A program made the position numbers and the translations under genes. 64,000 bases of DNA from Terriglobia bacterium (GTDB taxonomy: Bacteria > Acidobacteriota > Terriglobia > Terriglobales > Acidobacteriaceae), in the NCBI GenBank assembly GCA_963810505.1, contig CAWENI010000009.1:221388-285387 (forward strand), read 5' to 3'. The notes under the pieces were generated by a model, which saw only the letters and a list, made by a program, of their open reading frames with translations, searched no databases and was not told the DNA's origin. Every line of letters begins with the position of its first letter. Position 1 is the first letter of the stretch. Below, piece by piece: positions 46,502-60,748 of the stretch.

Positions 46502-46530
46502 TTGACGGCGATTAGCGGTCAACTTAGAAT
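46502..46530 (+). promoter_or_regulatory. Candidate promoter of the cysteine leader/sulfur assimilation operon, inside an inverted repeat
   Basis: TTGACG-17 nt-TAGAAT. The same region is the inverted repeat GTTGAC-N11-GTCAAC (46501-46523). Confidence 0.45.
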
Positions 46531-46541
46531 GCAAGATCATC

Positions 46542-46634
46542 ATGTCGGTTAGCCAAAATTTCCGCGCGCTGTGTGCATGCACTTGTTGTTGTTGTGCATG
46601 TGTGTGCTCTGGCGCGGGGAGGCTGCTGACCTAA
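46542..46634 (+). CDS. Cysteine-rich leader peptide (30 aa)
   Basis: ATG TCG GTT AGC CAA AAT TTC CGC GCG CTG TGT GCA TGC ACT TGT TGT TGT TGT GCA TGT GTG TGC TCT GGC GCG GGG AGG CTG CTG ACC TAA = MSVSQNFRALCACTCCCCACVCSGAGRLLT. It has 8 Cys in 12 codons, and a terminator and the sir-cysH operon lie directly downstream. Not in the ORF track. Confidence 0.65.
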   Translation: MSVSQNFRALCACTCCCCACVCSGAGRLLT

Positions 46635-46661
46635 GAGTTTTTTCTTAATACCGGCACTCAT

Positions 46662-46700
46662 AACCCACCGCCAGAAGAACCTGGCGGTGGGTTTTTTATT
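46662..46700 (+). terminator. Rho-independent terminator between the Cys leader and sir (attenuator)
   Basis: AACCCACCGCCAG-aagaac-CTGGCGGTGGGTT followed by TTTTTTATTTCTT. The ORF-track GTG start of sir (46687) lies inside the stem. Confidence 0.8.
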
Positions 46701-46704
46701 TCTT

Positions 46705-48423
46705 ATGACAATGACAAACACAACGAAAGAAACCAAAGCTCAGCGGGTCGAACGCCTCAAGCGCGCGAAGAATCCGTGGGAAGGCCTGGAAGAGATTCGG
46801 CGCTTCGCACGCGAGGGCTTCGCTTCTATCCCGCCGGAATGGATCGGAACCTACTTCCGCTGGTGGGGCGTCTACACCCAGGGCGATGGAGCCGGCGTCA
46901 CCGGCGGTCAGGGCGGAGAAGGCAAAGCTCTGCAGCGCTTCATGGTGCGAATCCGCATCCCCAATGGCCTGCTGCGTTCCCAGCAACTGCGAACCATTGC
47001 CGATCTCACCCAACGCTACGCTCGCGGAACCGCCGACATCACCGTACGGCAGAACATTCAATTGCATTGGGTCACCATTGAGCAGCTTCCAGAAGTTCTG
47101 GACGCGCTGGTGCGAGTGGGACTCAACACCACCAGCGCCTGCGGTGATGTGACGCGCAATGTCACCGGATGCCCCGTTGCCGGTGTGGACGCGCACGAGA
47201 TTTGCGACGCCTCGCCCCTGGCGCTCGAAGCCTCGCGAATGTTGGCAGGGAACCCCGAGTTCTACAACCTCCCGCGCAAGTTCAAAATCTCGATTGCAGG
47301 ATGCCGCGCTTGGTGCCCATATCCCGAGATCAATGACATCGGCCTGACCGCGATTGCGAGGGAAGTTGGCGGCGCGCCAGAGGTTGGTTTCTCCCTGCGC
47401 GTGGCCGGCGGCCTTTCCACCGAGCCCTACCTCGGAGCGCGCCTGAATGCGTTCGTTCGATGGGACCAGGTTCTTCCCGTTATCAAAGGCATCGCCGAGT
47501 TGTTCCGCGACTCAGATGTGCTGCGCGAGCATCGCGAACGAGCGCGTATGAAATTTCTCTTTTTGCGGCATGGGTGGACGGCCGAAAGTTTTTTGGAGGA
47601 ACTGCAGCGCCGCATTGGATTCCAGCTCGATCCTGCGGTCCCGGAAGATCCGCCCTCTGATGTGTATCGGGACCATGTAGGAATCCATCCTCAGAAACAG
47701 CAAGGCTATTGCTTCGTGGGAGCGGCGGTGCTGCGCGGCCGAATCTCCGCGGAACAGATGCGCTCCGCGGCCGATCTCGCCGAGCGCTTTGCCGGTGGCG
47801 AATTGCGCACGACCAACATGCAAAACCTCCTGATCGTGAACGTGCCGCAGATCAATGCTGATTCTCTGGCGAAAGAACTGGATGCAATCGAACTCCGCGT
47901 CGACGGCTCGGCCTTTTACCGCGGCACCATCGCATGCAGCGGCACCGAATTCTGCAAGCTAGCCATCACGGAGACGAAAAGTTTTTCGCGCTGGCTCGTG
48001 GAGGAGCTCGAAGATCGTCTGCCCGGATTCGATCAGCACATGAAGCTGCACGTCACCGGATGTCCCAACAGTTGCGGGCAGCACTGGATTGCCGACATCG
48101 GGATCGAAGGTAAGAAGATAAAAGTGCAGGACCGCCTGGTGGATGCCTATTACTTCTGCCTCGGCGGTGCTCTGGGCCTGCATCAGGCAACTGCTCGTCC
48201 CGTTGGATATCGTTGCGCCGCGACTGAAGTTCCCGAAGCCATCGAGAGGTTGTTGCGCCGATATCTTGCCGAACGCGAGGTTGGTGAAAATCTGCGCCAG
48301 TTCTTTGCTCGCCACACTGATACGGAGCTGAGGGAACTTTTAGCCGGAGAGTTTGTAGACGCCGTAGCCCGGGATTTGCCGGCACAACATCTGGCGCACT
48401 CCGCAGGAGGAGACGGTGACTAG
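46705..48423 (+). CDS. sir: Assimilatory sulfite reductase (ferredoxin-type, siroheme/[4Fe-4S] hemoprotein; NirA/Sir family)
   Basis: The two-fold nitrite/sulfite reductase repeat is present. Cys cluster CSGTEFCKLAITETK ... VTGCPNSCGQH. Start is ATG 46705 or 46711. Confidence 0.88.
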   Translation: MTMTNTTKETKAQRVERLKRAKNPWEGLEEIRRFAREGFASIPPEWIGTYFRWWGVYTQGDGAGVTGGQGGEGKALQRFMVRIRIPNGLLRSQQLRTIADLTQRYARGTADITVRQNIQLHWVTIEQLPEVLDALVRVGLNTTSACGDVTRNVTGCPVAGVDAHEICDASPLALEASRMLAGNPEFYNLPRKFKISIAGCRAWCPYPEINDIGLTAIAREVGGAPEVGFSLRVAGGLSTEPYLGARLNAFVRWDQVLPVIKGIAELFRDSDVLREHRERARMKFLFLRHGWTAESFLEELQRRIGFQLDPAVPEDPPSDVYRDHVGIHPQKQQGYCFVGAAVLRGRISAEQMRSAADLAERFAGGELRTTNMQNLLIVNVPQINADSLAKELDAIELRVDGSAFYRGTIACSGTEFCKLAITETKSFSRWLVEELEDRLPGFDQHMKLHVTGCPNSCGQHWIADIGIEGKKIKVQDRLVDAYYFCLGGALGLHQATARPVGYRCAATEVPEAIERLLRRYLAEREVGENLRQFFARHTDTELRELLAGEFVDAVARDLPAQHLAHSAGGDGD

Positions 48424-49036
48424 CCTATTTCCAATGTTCTTAAAATTAACCGGTCGGCAGGGCCTGGTCGTAGGTGCAGGCAAAGTGGGTGAGCCCAAGA
48501 TCGGCGGACTCCTGGACACAGGAGCACGCATCCGCGTGGTCGCTCGCGAGGCGACCGAAGTCGTTCACGAATGGGCGCGTGCAGGAAAGATTGATTTGGA
48601 GTTGCGAGCCTTCGCGCCACATGACTTGGACGGCGCATTTCTTGCGGTCATTGCCACCTCCTCGCGCAGCCTGAACGAATTCGTTTACCGCGAAGCTCAG
48701 CAACGCGCAGTGCTCTGCAACGTGGTCGATGTTCCGGAGTATTGCGATTTCTTCTACCCGGCTCTGGTAAGACGCGGCGATCTGCAGATTGCAATCTCAA
48801 CGTCGGGGCAGAGTCCCTCGCTTGCGCAAAGACTTCGACAGCAACTGGAACAGCAGTTTGGACCCGGGTACGCAGCGTGGGTCGCGGAGCTCGGCGAGAC
48901 CAGAAGACTCATTGTGGCCAGCGATCTCGACCCAGAGCGTAAGCGAGAGTTGCTTCACTCCCTGGCCAGCAGGGAGGCGTTTGAGGCTGCCCTCGCGAAC
49001 GTCCCGCTATTGACCACGCAAGGAGAAGGAGCATGA
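48416..49036 (+). CDS. Precorrin-2 dehydrogenase / sirohydrochlorin ferrochelatase (SirC / CysG N-domain-like)
   Basis: FPMFLKLTGRQGLVVGAGKVGEPK Rossmann start and FYPALVRRGDLQIAISTSGQSP. 8-nt overlap with sir. Confidence 0.8.
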   Translation: MTSLFPMFLKLTGRQGLVVGAGKVGEPKIGGLLDTGARIRVVAREATEVVHEWARAGKIDLELRAFAPHDLDGAFLAVIATSSRSLNEFVYREAQQRAVLCNVVDVPEYCDFFYPALVRRGDLQIAISTSGQSPSLAQRLRQQLEQQFGPGYAAWVAELGETRRLIVASDLDPERKRELLHSLASREAFEAALANVPLLTTQGEGA

Positions 49037-49875
49037 AAGGCAAAGTTTATCTGGTAGGCGCAGGACCGGGCGACCCAGAGTTGCTCACTCTGAAGGCGCT
49101 TCGCCTGCTGCGAACGGCGCAAGCTGTATTGCACGACGATCTCGTCGCCCCAGAGATACTGCGGCTTATTCCGTCAACCGCGCAGGTTTACAACGTCGGC
49201 AAACGCTGCGGGAAGAAGAGTGTTCGTCAGGAGGAAATTAATTTCCTGATGGTTGAGCTGGCTGCTTCAGGACTGCAGGTGGTTCGGTTGAAAGGCGGCG
49301 ATCCCCTGATTTTCGGCCGCGCAGGCGAGGAGATCGAATCCCTGAGAAGAGCCAAGATTCCCTACGAGATCGTTCCCGGCGTGACCTCAGCCCTGGGCGC
49401 AGCAGCAGCGGCCGAGATTCCACTGACGCATCGGAAAGCAGCATCCGCGCTGGTCTTCATAACCGCGCAACGCGCCTCTGCAAATGACGCCGTGGATTGG
49501 AGCAAGTTTGTCAGCAGCGGAGCAACCGTGGTCATTTACATGCCGGGACAGAACTACGCCGATGTGGCCACGAAGCTGATGGCAGCCGGACTCCCCCGGG
49601 AAACGCCTTGCGCGGCAATTTCGCGCGCCACAACCAGGCACCAGCAAGTGCATCGCACAACGGTTCTGAATCTGCATCGTGTTCCGCAACTCGCGGCCCC
49701 TACGCTGCTGGTGGTGGGTGAGGTAGTTCGATTCTCCGATCCCACGGCCATTGCGGAAAACTTTGTGGCGCCCCACCTGGAGGCGGGCGTGGATGCTCTG
49801 CTTCCGGTCGCATTCTTCAAAGATTTCCCCTCTCCGGCACAAGCCTTCGAAGGGGATGAGGAGCCAATCGCGTGA
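49033..49875 (+). CDS. cobA: Uroporphyrinogen-III C-methyltransferase (SUMT)
   Basis: KVYLVGAGPGDPELLTLKALRLL, VVRLKGGDPLIFGR, PYEIVPGVTSA. Confidence 0.9.
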   Translation: MKGKVYLVGAGPGDPELLTLKALRLLRTAQAVLHDDLVAPEILRLIPSTAQVYNVGKRCGKKSVRQEEINFLMVELAASGLQVVRLKGGDPLIFGRAGEEIESLRRAKIPYEIVPGVTSALGAAAAAEIPLTHRKAASALVFITAQRASANDAVDWSKFVSSGATVVIYMPGQNYADVATKLMAAGLPRETPCAAISRATTRHQQVHRTTVLNLHRVPQLAAPTLLVVGEVVRFSDPTAIAENFVAPHLEAGVDALLPVAFFKDFPSPAQAFEGDEEPIA

Positions 49876-50609
49876 AAGACAAAATCGCTGAATTGCAGCG
49901 CTTGGCAGAGAGTTGGACTCCCCAGCACGTTCTCGCCTGGGCATTTGAAAACTTCGGTAATGGCGTCGCTATTTCCTCCGCTTTTGGCGCTGAGGGCATG
50001 GTCCTCATTGACATGGCCTCGCGGGTGCACAAGGATTTCCGGCTCTTCACGATTGACACAGAGTTCTTATTCCCCGAAACCTACAGCCTGATGGATAGGA
50101 TCGAGCAGAGATACGGCGTCACGATCGAGAAAGTATATTCGCTACTCTCGCAGGAAGAGCAAGAGCGCCATCACGGTGCGGCATTGTGGAGCCAAGATCC
50201 AGATCGCTGCTGCAACCTGGGAAAGGTCGAGCCGCTGCGGCGCAAATTAGGCGAGCTCAATGCCTGGATCACGAGTATTCGGCGCGACCAGACCTCGGCC
50301 CGCGCGGGTGCCCGCAAAATCGAGTGGGATACGAAATTCGGACTCGTCAAGGTGAATCCGATCGTCGACTGGACTTCAAAGCAGGTGTGGCGCTACATCC
50401 ATCAGCACGATGTGCCGTACAACGCGCTCCACGATCAGAACTATCCCAGCATCGGCTGCACGCATTGCACCGCGTCTGTGAGACCAGGCGAAGATCCGCG
50501 GGCGGGCCGCTGGCCGGGCTTTGCCAAGACGGAGTGCGGCCTGCATGTGATTGAGCCGGCGCCACCCAATTTAACGGGAGCAGCTAACGCCGCCAAGGCC
50601 GGAGACTAA
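49872..50609 (+). CDS. cysH: Adenylyl-/phosphoadenylyl-sulfate reductase (CysH), Fe-S (APS-reductase) type
   Basis: The PAPS_reduct fold is present. Cys pair DPDRCCNLGKVEPL and CTHC are the cluster ligands of APS reductases, together with the C-terminal KTECGLH. Confidence 0.9.
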   Translation: MKDKIAELQRLAESWTPQHVLAWAFENFGNGVAISSAFGAEGMVLIDMASRVHKDFRLFTIDTEFLFPETYSLMDRIEQRYGVTIEKVYSLLSQEEQERHHGAALWSQDPDRCCNLGKVEPLRRKLGELNAWITSIRRDQTSARAGARKIEWDTKFGLVKVNPIVDWTSKQVWRYIHQHDVPYNALHDQNYPSIGCTHCTASVRPGEDPRAGRWPGFAKTECGLHVIEPAPPNLTGAANAAKAGD

Positions 50610-50628
50610 CATCTTCTGTGCGGTTGAT

Positions 50629-51531
50629 TCAGGCGTCTGTCTTCTTCGGATAGGTTGCTAGCTGCCGCAGCAGGCTGATAAATGCGGTTGTCGCTACGGA
50701 ATGAGTCCGGTCGCGGCGGTAGGCCAGGCCCAGTTCGCGAAACAGTTCCGCATCCTCAATATCAATCAGCTTGACCCTGCCGGCCTCAACCTCGTCGTGA
50801 GCGAACGACGCGCTGATCAGCGAAACTCCCAGATCGGCCGCCACAAAGCTCTTGATCATGCCAATGCTCGGCAATTCCATGCGCACTTGCAGTTCCGCCG
50901 AATGCGGCCGAAACAGCTTGTCCAGCAGCCGCCGCGTATGGCCTGTCTTCGGAAATAACAACGGGTGCTTGACAATTTCACCGATGGAAACGACTTTGTG
51001 CTTGGCCAAGGGATTCTTGGGACTCACCATCAGCATCAACTTGTCGCGGAAGATGGGATGGACTTTCAGGCTCGGAGACTGGACCGGCAAGGTGAGAACG
51101 CCGACCTCGACCGACCCGTTCTCCAGCTTTTCGATGATCTTATAAGTGAAATTACGATAGATGCTGATCTGTACTGGCGGATAGCGGCGGCAATACTCGG
51201 CAAACACCTCTGGAAGCACATACAGGCACGTCGCCTCGTTTGCGCCCACGCGTAATGTGCCACGCGGCGTCCCACTGTGGTCGGCTACCGCCATCAACGA
51301 TTCGTCGCGCAGATTCTTCATGCGCTCGGCATATTCGTAGAACACCTGCCCGGCGGGAGTCAGTTTTACGGTCTTGCCCGAGCGGTCGAGCAGGCGATCG
51401 CCGTACTCCTGCTCTAATTGGCGAATCTGCGCGCTGACCGCCGATTGCGAGCGAAACACCTTCTCCCCTGCCCGCGAGAAGCTGCCTTGCCTGGCGACTT
51501 CCAGGAATGTGACGAGCTGATCGAAGTCCAT
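50629..51531 (-). CDS. LysR-family transcriptional regulator, divergent from gltBD (GltC-like arrangement)
   Basis: MDFDQLVTFLEVARQGSFSRAGEKVFRSQSAVSAQIRQLE HTH. 300 aa. Confidence 0.85.
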   Translation of the reverse strand: MDFDQLVTFLEVARQGSFSRAGEKVFRSQSAVSAQIRQLEQEYGDRLLDRSGKTVKLTPAGQVFYEYAERMKNLRDESLMAVADHSGTPRGTLRVGANEATCLYVLPEVFAEYCRRYPPVQISIYRNFTYKIIEKLENGSVEVGVLTLPVQSPSLKVHPIFRDKLMLMVSPKNPLAKHKVVSIGEIVKHPLLFPKTGHTRRLLDKLFRPHSAELQVRMELPSIGMIKSFVAADLGVSLISASFAHDEVEAGRVKLIDIEDAELFRELGLAYRRDRTHSVATTAFISLLRQLATYPKKTDA

Positions 51532-51777
51532 TGAAGTTGTGCGAAATTATATAGCGAAGTGCGTGAAAATACGGGAAATTAGGCTAGACAAGCGCGGAAT
51601 CCGCGGCCCTGAATTTTGCATTCCCCGCATCGAAATTCTGAATTGTACTTACTGCTCTCCCGGCAGTATTAAAAAGAGATTACGTTCGCTAGTCGACGTG
51701 TGTGACGGTCCAGCCCTCTTTCGGCAAACAGCCCGACACCGACTCAGAGCAACCGATTGATCGAAATGTGATGTCGA

Positions 51778-56389
<4,612 letters not shown>

Positions 56390-56397
<8 letters not shown>

Positions 56398-57850
56398 GAC
56401 CACCGGCTTCCTCGAACATTCGCGCGAACTTGCCCCACGTCGTCCAGTCACCCAGCGTGTCAACGACTGGTTCGAAATTTACCTCGACCTTCCCGAAGAA
56501 AAGTTGCGAAGCCAGGGTGCTCGTTGCATGGATTGCGGCGTCCCCTTTTGTCAGACTGGATGCCCCGTAAACAACTTGATTCCCGACTGGAACGATCTCG
56601 TCTATCGCGGGCGCTGGAGCGACGCAGTCCGGCAGTTACACGCAACCAACAACTTTCCGGAATTTACCGGCCGCATCTGCCCGGCTCCGTGCGAGGCGTC
56701 GTGCGTCCTTGGAATCAATCAGCCCCCGGTGACCATCAAGCAAAACGAGAAGAGCATCGTGGAGCGCGGATTTCGTGAGGGCTGGATCCGCCCGGAGCCG
56801 CCCAAACTTCGCACGGGAAAAAAAGTGGCAATTGTAGGTTCCGGTCCCGCAGGCCTGGCCGCGGCTCAGCAGTTATGCCGCGCCGGGCACACGGTAGTAG
56901 TTTACGAAAAGGCAGATCGCATCGGGGGATTGCTGCGCTACGGAATTCCCGAGTTCAAGATGGAGAAGCACATCATTGATCGCCGTTTAGAGCAAATGTC
57001 AGCCGAAGGCGTAAAGTTCGTCACGTGCGCGGAGGTTGGGAAAAACATCGCGGTGGAAGAATTGCGGCGGGACTTCGATGCGATCGTGCTCGCCGGGGGC
57101 GCTGAACAACCACGCGATCTTAAAGTGCCGGGGCGCGAGCTGAAGGGCATTCACTTCGCGATGGAGTTCCTTCCTCAGCAAAACCGCCGCTGTCTCGGCG
57201 ACCGGATCGAGTCAGACACGGAGATTCTCGCGACTGGCAAGCGCGCGGTCATTATCGGGGGCGGTGACACCGGCGCCGATTGCCTCGGGACCTGCCACCG
57301 CCAAAAGCCGCTTTCCGTGCACCAGTTCGAGATCATGCCCCGGCCGCCCGAGGAGCGCTCCCCGCTAACTCCGTGGCCGCTTTGGCCGATGCAGTTGCGC
57401 ACGGAAGCTGCGCACGAAGAAGGCGGCATTCGCGACTGGAGCATCGCCACCACAAAGTTCACCGGCTCCGAAGATGGCAACGTGATGCAACTCCACGCCG
57501 TGCGCGTAGGCCCTCCTCCCAGCTTCGAACCAATTCCAGGCAGCGACTTCACCATCGACGCTGACCTGGTCCTGATCGCGATGGGCTTTTTAGGCCCCGT
57601 TCGTAATGGAATGATCGAGCAGTTGGGGGTAGACCTCGATGCGCGCGGCAATGTGGCGACGGACGCAAATTACATGTCTTCCGTCCCGGGAGTTTTCGCA
57701 GCAGGCGACATGCGTCGCGGCCAATCGCTGGTGGTCTGGGCGATCTCCGAGGGCCGTAAGGCAGCCGCGAGTGTCGATGCCTATCTGCGAACGGAGCTGC
57801 TGCGCCCCATGACTCCATCGGTCTCCCAGGCACAACAAATTGCGTCATGA
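56390..57850 (+). CDS. gltD: Glutamate synthase small subunit (NADPH)
   Basis: [38 protein letters not shown]. Confidence 0.95.
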
Positions 57851-59106
57851 TCATGACCACAGCGATTGGTCAATGTAATATGGCTGCTGCAAGCGTCATG
57901 ATCGGTCTCACCGACATCCAGGCCGCACTGGGACGGATTCGCGATTCCATCCGCGTCTCCCCCTGCACGCCGTCCGAAGCTTTTTCGGAACTCACCAATA
58001 ACTCCATCTTCCTCAAACTTGACAACCAGCAACGTACAGGCGCCTTCAAGGAGCGGGGTGCTCTGAACAAGTTGCTCACTCTCAGCCGCCAGGAACGCGA
58101 CCGCGGGGTGATTGCAGCATCCGCCGGCAATCACGCCCAGGGTGTCGCGTACCACGCCGGCCGGCACGGCATTCGCGCGCGCATACTTATGCCGCTCCCC
58201 ACGCCGCTCACGAAAGTGTCCGCTACGCGAGCCTATGGCGCAGATGTAGTGCTGCATGGTGCCAACTATGATGAGGCCTACGAAAAGGCGGTCGAGCAAA
58301 GCCGGCAGGAGCGCCTCACACTCATCCACGCTTTTGACGATGACGCCGTCATCGCGGGCCAGGGGACTCTGGGGCTCGAAATACTCCAGCAACATCCGGA
58401 CATCGAAGCAATTGTCGCGCCCATCGGCGGCGGAGGACTTATCGGTGGAATTGCCTGCGCCGTCAAGGAAACCAATCCGCGCGTGCAGGTCTTCGGAGTC
58501 CAGCCCGCCAAAATTCCTTCCATGAAAGCCGCCGTCGCCGAAGGCAAGCTCGTCACCTTGAATGCAGCCAAGACCATTGCCGACGGAATCGCCGTGCGGC
58601 GCGCCGGGGAACGCACCCTTCCCTTAGTTCAGAAGTATGTGGATGACATCGTTACGGTGGAGGAAGAAGAGATTGCCAACGCGATCCTGTTACTGCTCGA
58701 GCGTGAGAAGACTCTGGCAGAGGGCGCCGGCGCCGCGGCCATGGCCGCCGTCCTGAATCGCAAATTGCCGCTAGCGGGCAAGCAAGTTGCCGTACTGGTT
58801 TGCGGCGGCAACATTGACGTCACTCTGCTCGCGCGTATCATCGAGCGCGGTTTGGTGAAAGACGGTCGCCTGGTTCGGTTGCGAGTTCACCTGCCTGACT
58901 ACCCCGGCGCCCTGCACCGTCTAACGGGAATCCTGGCCGAGCATCGCGCTAACATCGTCGAAACCGCCTACGACCGCGCCTACCACGGCGTGAATCTGGG
59001 CGACACCGCCATCGACATCACCATGGAAACCAGAGGCCCCGATCACATCGCGGAGCTCCTGGGAGCGCTGACCGCAGCCGGATACACGCACGAAAGGATA
59101 CTCTAA
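57847..59106 (+). CDS. ilvA: Threonine ammonia-lyase (threonine dehydratase)
   Basis: PLP site [37 protein letters not shown], and a single C-terminal ACT-like domain. The true start may be ATG ~57880. Confidence 0.88.
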   Translation: MIMTTAIGQCNMAAASVMIGLTDIQAALGRIRDSIRVSPCTPSEAFSELTNNSIFLKLDNQQRTGAFKERGALNKLLTLSRQERDRGVIAASAGNHAQGVAYHAGRHGIRARILMPLPTPLTKVSATRAYGADVVLHGANYDEAYEKAVEQSRQERLTLIHAFDDDAVIAGQGTLGLEILQQHPDIEAIVAPIGGGGLIGGIACAVKETNPRVQVFGVQPAKIPSMKAAVAEGKLVTLNAAKTIADGIAVRRAGERTLPLVQKYVDDIVTVEEEEIANAILLLLEREKTLAEGAGAAAMAAVLNRKLPLAGKQVAVLVCGGNIDVTLLARIIERGLVKDGRLVRLRVHLPDYPGALHRLTGILAEHRANIVETAYDRAYHGVNLGDTAIDITMETRGPDHIAELLGALTAAGYTHERIL

Positions 59107-59120
59107 CTTCCCACGCCGCT

Positions 59121-59805
59121 TCACGGTTGCGACGGACTCACTTGCGGCGGATTCTTCCCACGGCAAAGAAGCACGCACAGTAGCAGGACGCCGCCGCCAG
59201 CCCCAGCCCCGATCTCGATCCATTTTTTGGGAAGACCTTCCGCGCCTTCACTTGGGCTTTTCACAACTCCGCAAGCAGCCGCAGCGTCGCGCGTGGCCTG
59301 TTCTCCCTCGTGAACAGTAGCGGATTGAGATCCGGCATTCTCAGGCGACGTTTTCCGCACCGTAGCTACAACCTGAATGTTCACATCTTTTTTCCGCGCG
59401 GCGGCTTGAACTGTCCCATTTAAGTCAGTCACGTCGTATTGCGTCCACTCATTCGAGACGGGCACGACCCGTATGCAATCGATGTGCACACTCATCGACT
59501 TCGAACGTCCCAACCGACACGCTGCCGTGCTCCAGCGTGAGAGAGTCCCCGTTAAACTTTACGATCGATTCCGGCTGAATCAGAACCGTGGAACCGTCCG
59601 CATCAAGATTGGCGACCGACCCAGGCTTGGTCTCCAACAAATCTCCGGGAACCACTGCGGTGGAATCCGTGGCATCACTGCCGTTGACCCATACTCCGCC
59701 CTTACTATGCAGGATCGCTGATCCCGTGTCTGCCGCCATCAGCGAGAGCGGACAAACGACGGATAGCATCCAACAGACAAGGTTGCGCAAAATAGACACA
59801 CTCAT
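59121..59805 (-). pseudogene. Secreted FecR-like/unknown protein with C-terminal TM anchor, interrupted by a +1 frameshift near 59500-59509
   Basis: ORFs 59449-59967 and 59121-59513 join as ...LTLEHGSVSVGT|SKSMSVHIDCIRVVPVSNEW... The signal peptide MSVSILRNLVCWMLSVVCPLSLMAA starts at ATG 59805. The C-terminal anchor is WIEIGAGAGGGVLLLCVLLC. Confidence 0.5.
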
Positions 59806-59965
59806 ACCCAAACGAAATTTCGACAAACTACCCCAGTAAAAGCCTAGACGGGGGTAGCAGTCCCGTCTATTAGCTGTCTGGGTGACCTCGCGACCGAAAG
59901 TAACCCGGCGCGGCCCGGCATCATCGCTCCCCTTGAGCCTCTCAACTTCGGTATGCTTGGCGGAC

Positions 59966-60748
59966 ATGGAGCGTGACCCTCATAACGGCCCCGCGATTGA
60001 GTTCCGCAACGTGGCCTACGATGCGCCTAGCGGACAAGTGATTCTGTCTGACCTCAACCTCGAAGTTCTTCGCGGCGAGATCCTCGTGCTGTTAGGCCGC
60101 AGCGGTTCGGGCAAGACCACAACTCTGAAGCTGATCAACCGGCTGCTGGCGCCTACTGCAGGCCAGGTCCGCGTCGAAGGTTCGCCTGTCGCCAGCGAGG
60201 ATGTAGTCTGCCTGCGCCGCAGAATTGGTTACGTTATCCAGGAAATCGGCCTTTTCCCCCACTTCACCGTGGAACGCAATATTGGCCTTGTGCCCCGCAT
60301 CGAAGGTTGGCCGGAAGAAAAGATTCGCGCGCGCACGCAAGAACTGTTACTGATGGTCGGTCTCGAGCCGAATCTTGCTTCGCGTTACCCGCACCAGCTT
60401 TCCGGAGGCCAGCGGCAGCGGGTTGGCGTTGCCCGCGCGCTGGCCGCCGATCCCGCCATTCTGCTGATGGATGAACCCTTCGGCGCCCTCGATCCGCTCA
60501 CCCGCGACGAACTGCAGCACGAGTTTCTTTCACTGCAACAGCGCCTTCACAAGACCGTGGTCTTCGTGACCCACGACCTGAATGAAGCGTTGCGCCTGGG
60601 ATCGCGCATCGCGCTGATGGAAGTGGGAAAGCTGGTGATCGTTCTCTCGCCCCAGCATTTCCTGCATTCCACCGATCCGCTGGCTGCTGCATACGTCCAG
60701 GCCTTTCGATCGGGATTGGACTCTGCCGCGAATCGAGGCACCCCATGA
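59966..60748 (+). CDS. ABC transporter ATP-binding protein (osmoprotectant/Opu-type)
   Basis: Walker A GRSGSGKTT, signature LSGGQRQRV, Walker B ILLMDEPF. No CBS tail. Start ATG 59966 (MERDPHNG...). Confidence 0.88.
   Translation: MERDPHNGPAIEFRNVAYDAPSGQVILSDLNLEVLRGEILVLLGRSGSGKTTTLKLINRLLAPTAGQVRVEGSPVASEDVVCLRRRIGYVIQEIGLFPHFTVERNIGLVPRIEGWPEEKIRARTQELLLMVGLEPNLASRYPHQLSGGQRQRVGVARALAADPAILLMDEPFGALDPLTRDELQHEFLSLQQRLHKTVVFVTHDLNEALRLGSRIALMEVGKLVIVLSPQHFLHSTDPLAAAYVQAFRSGLDSAANRGTP

Noticed and set aside
46382-46736. - strand ORFs 46382-46582 and 46524-46736 in the GH38/sir spacer
   Set aside because: Their translations are low-complexity. They run across a promoter-like element and a strong + strand terminator. 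The + strand leader-peptide interpretation explains the sequence better.
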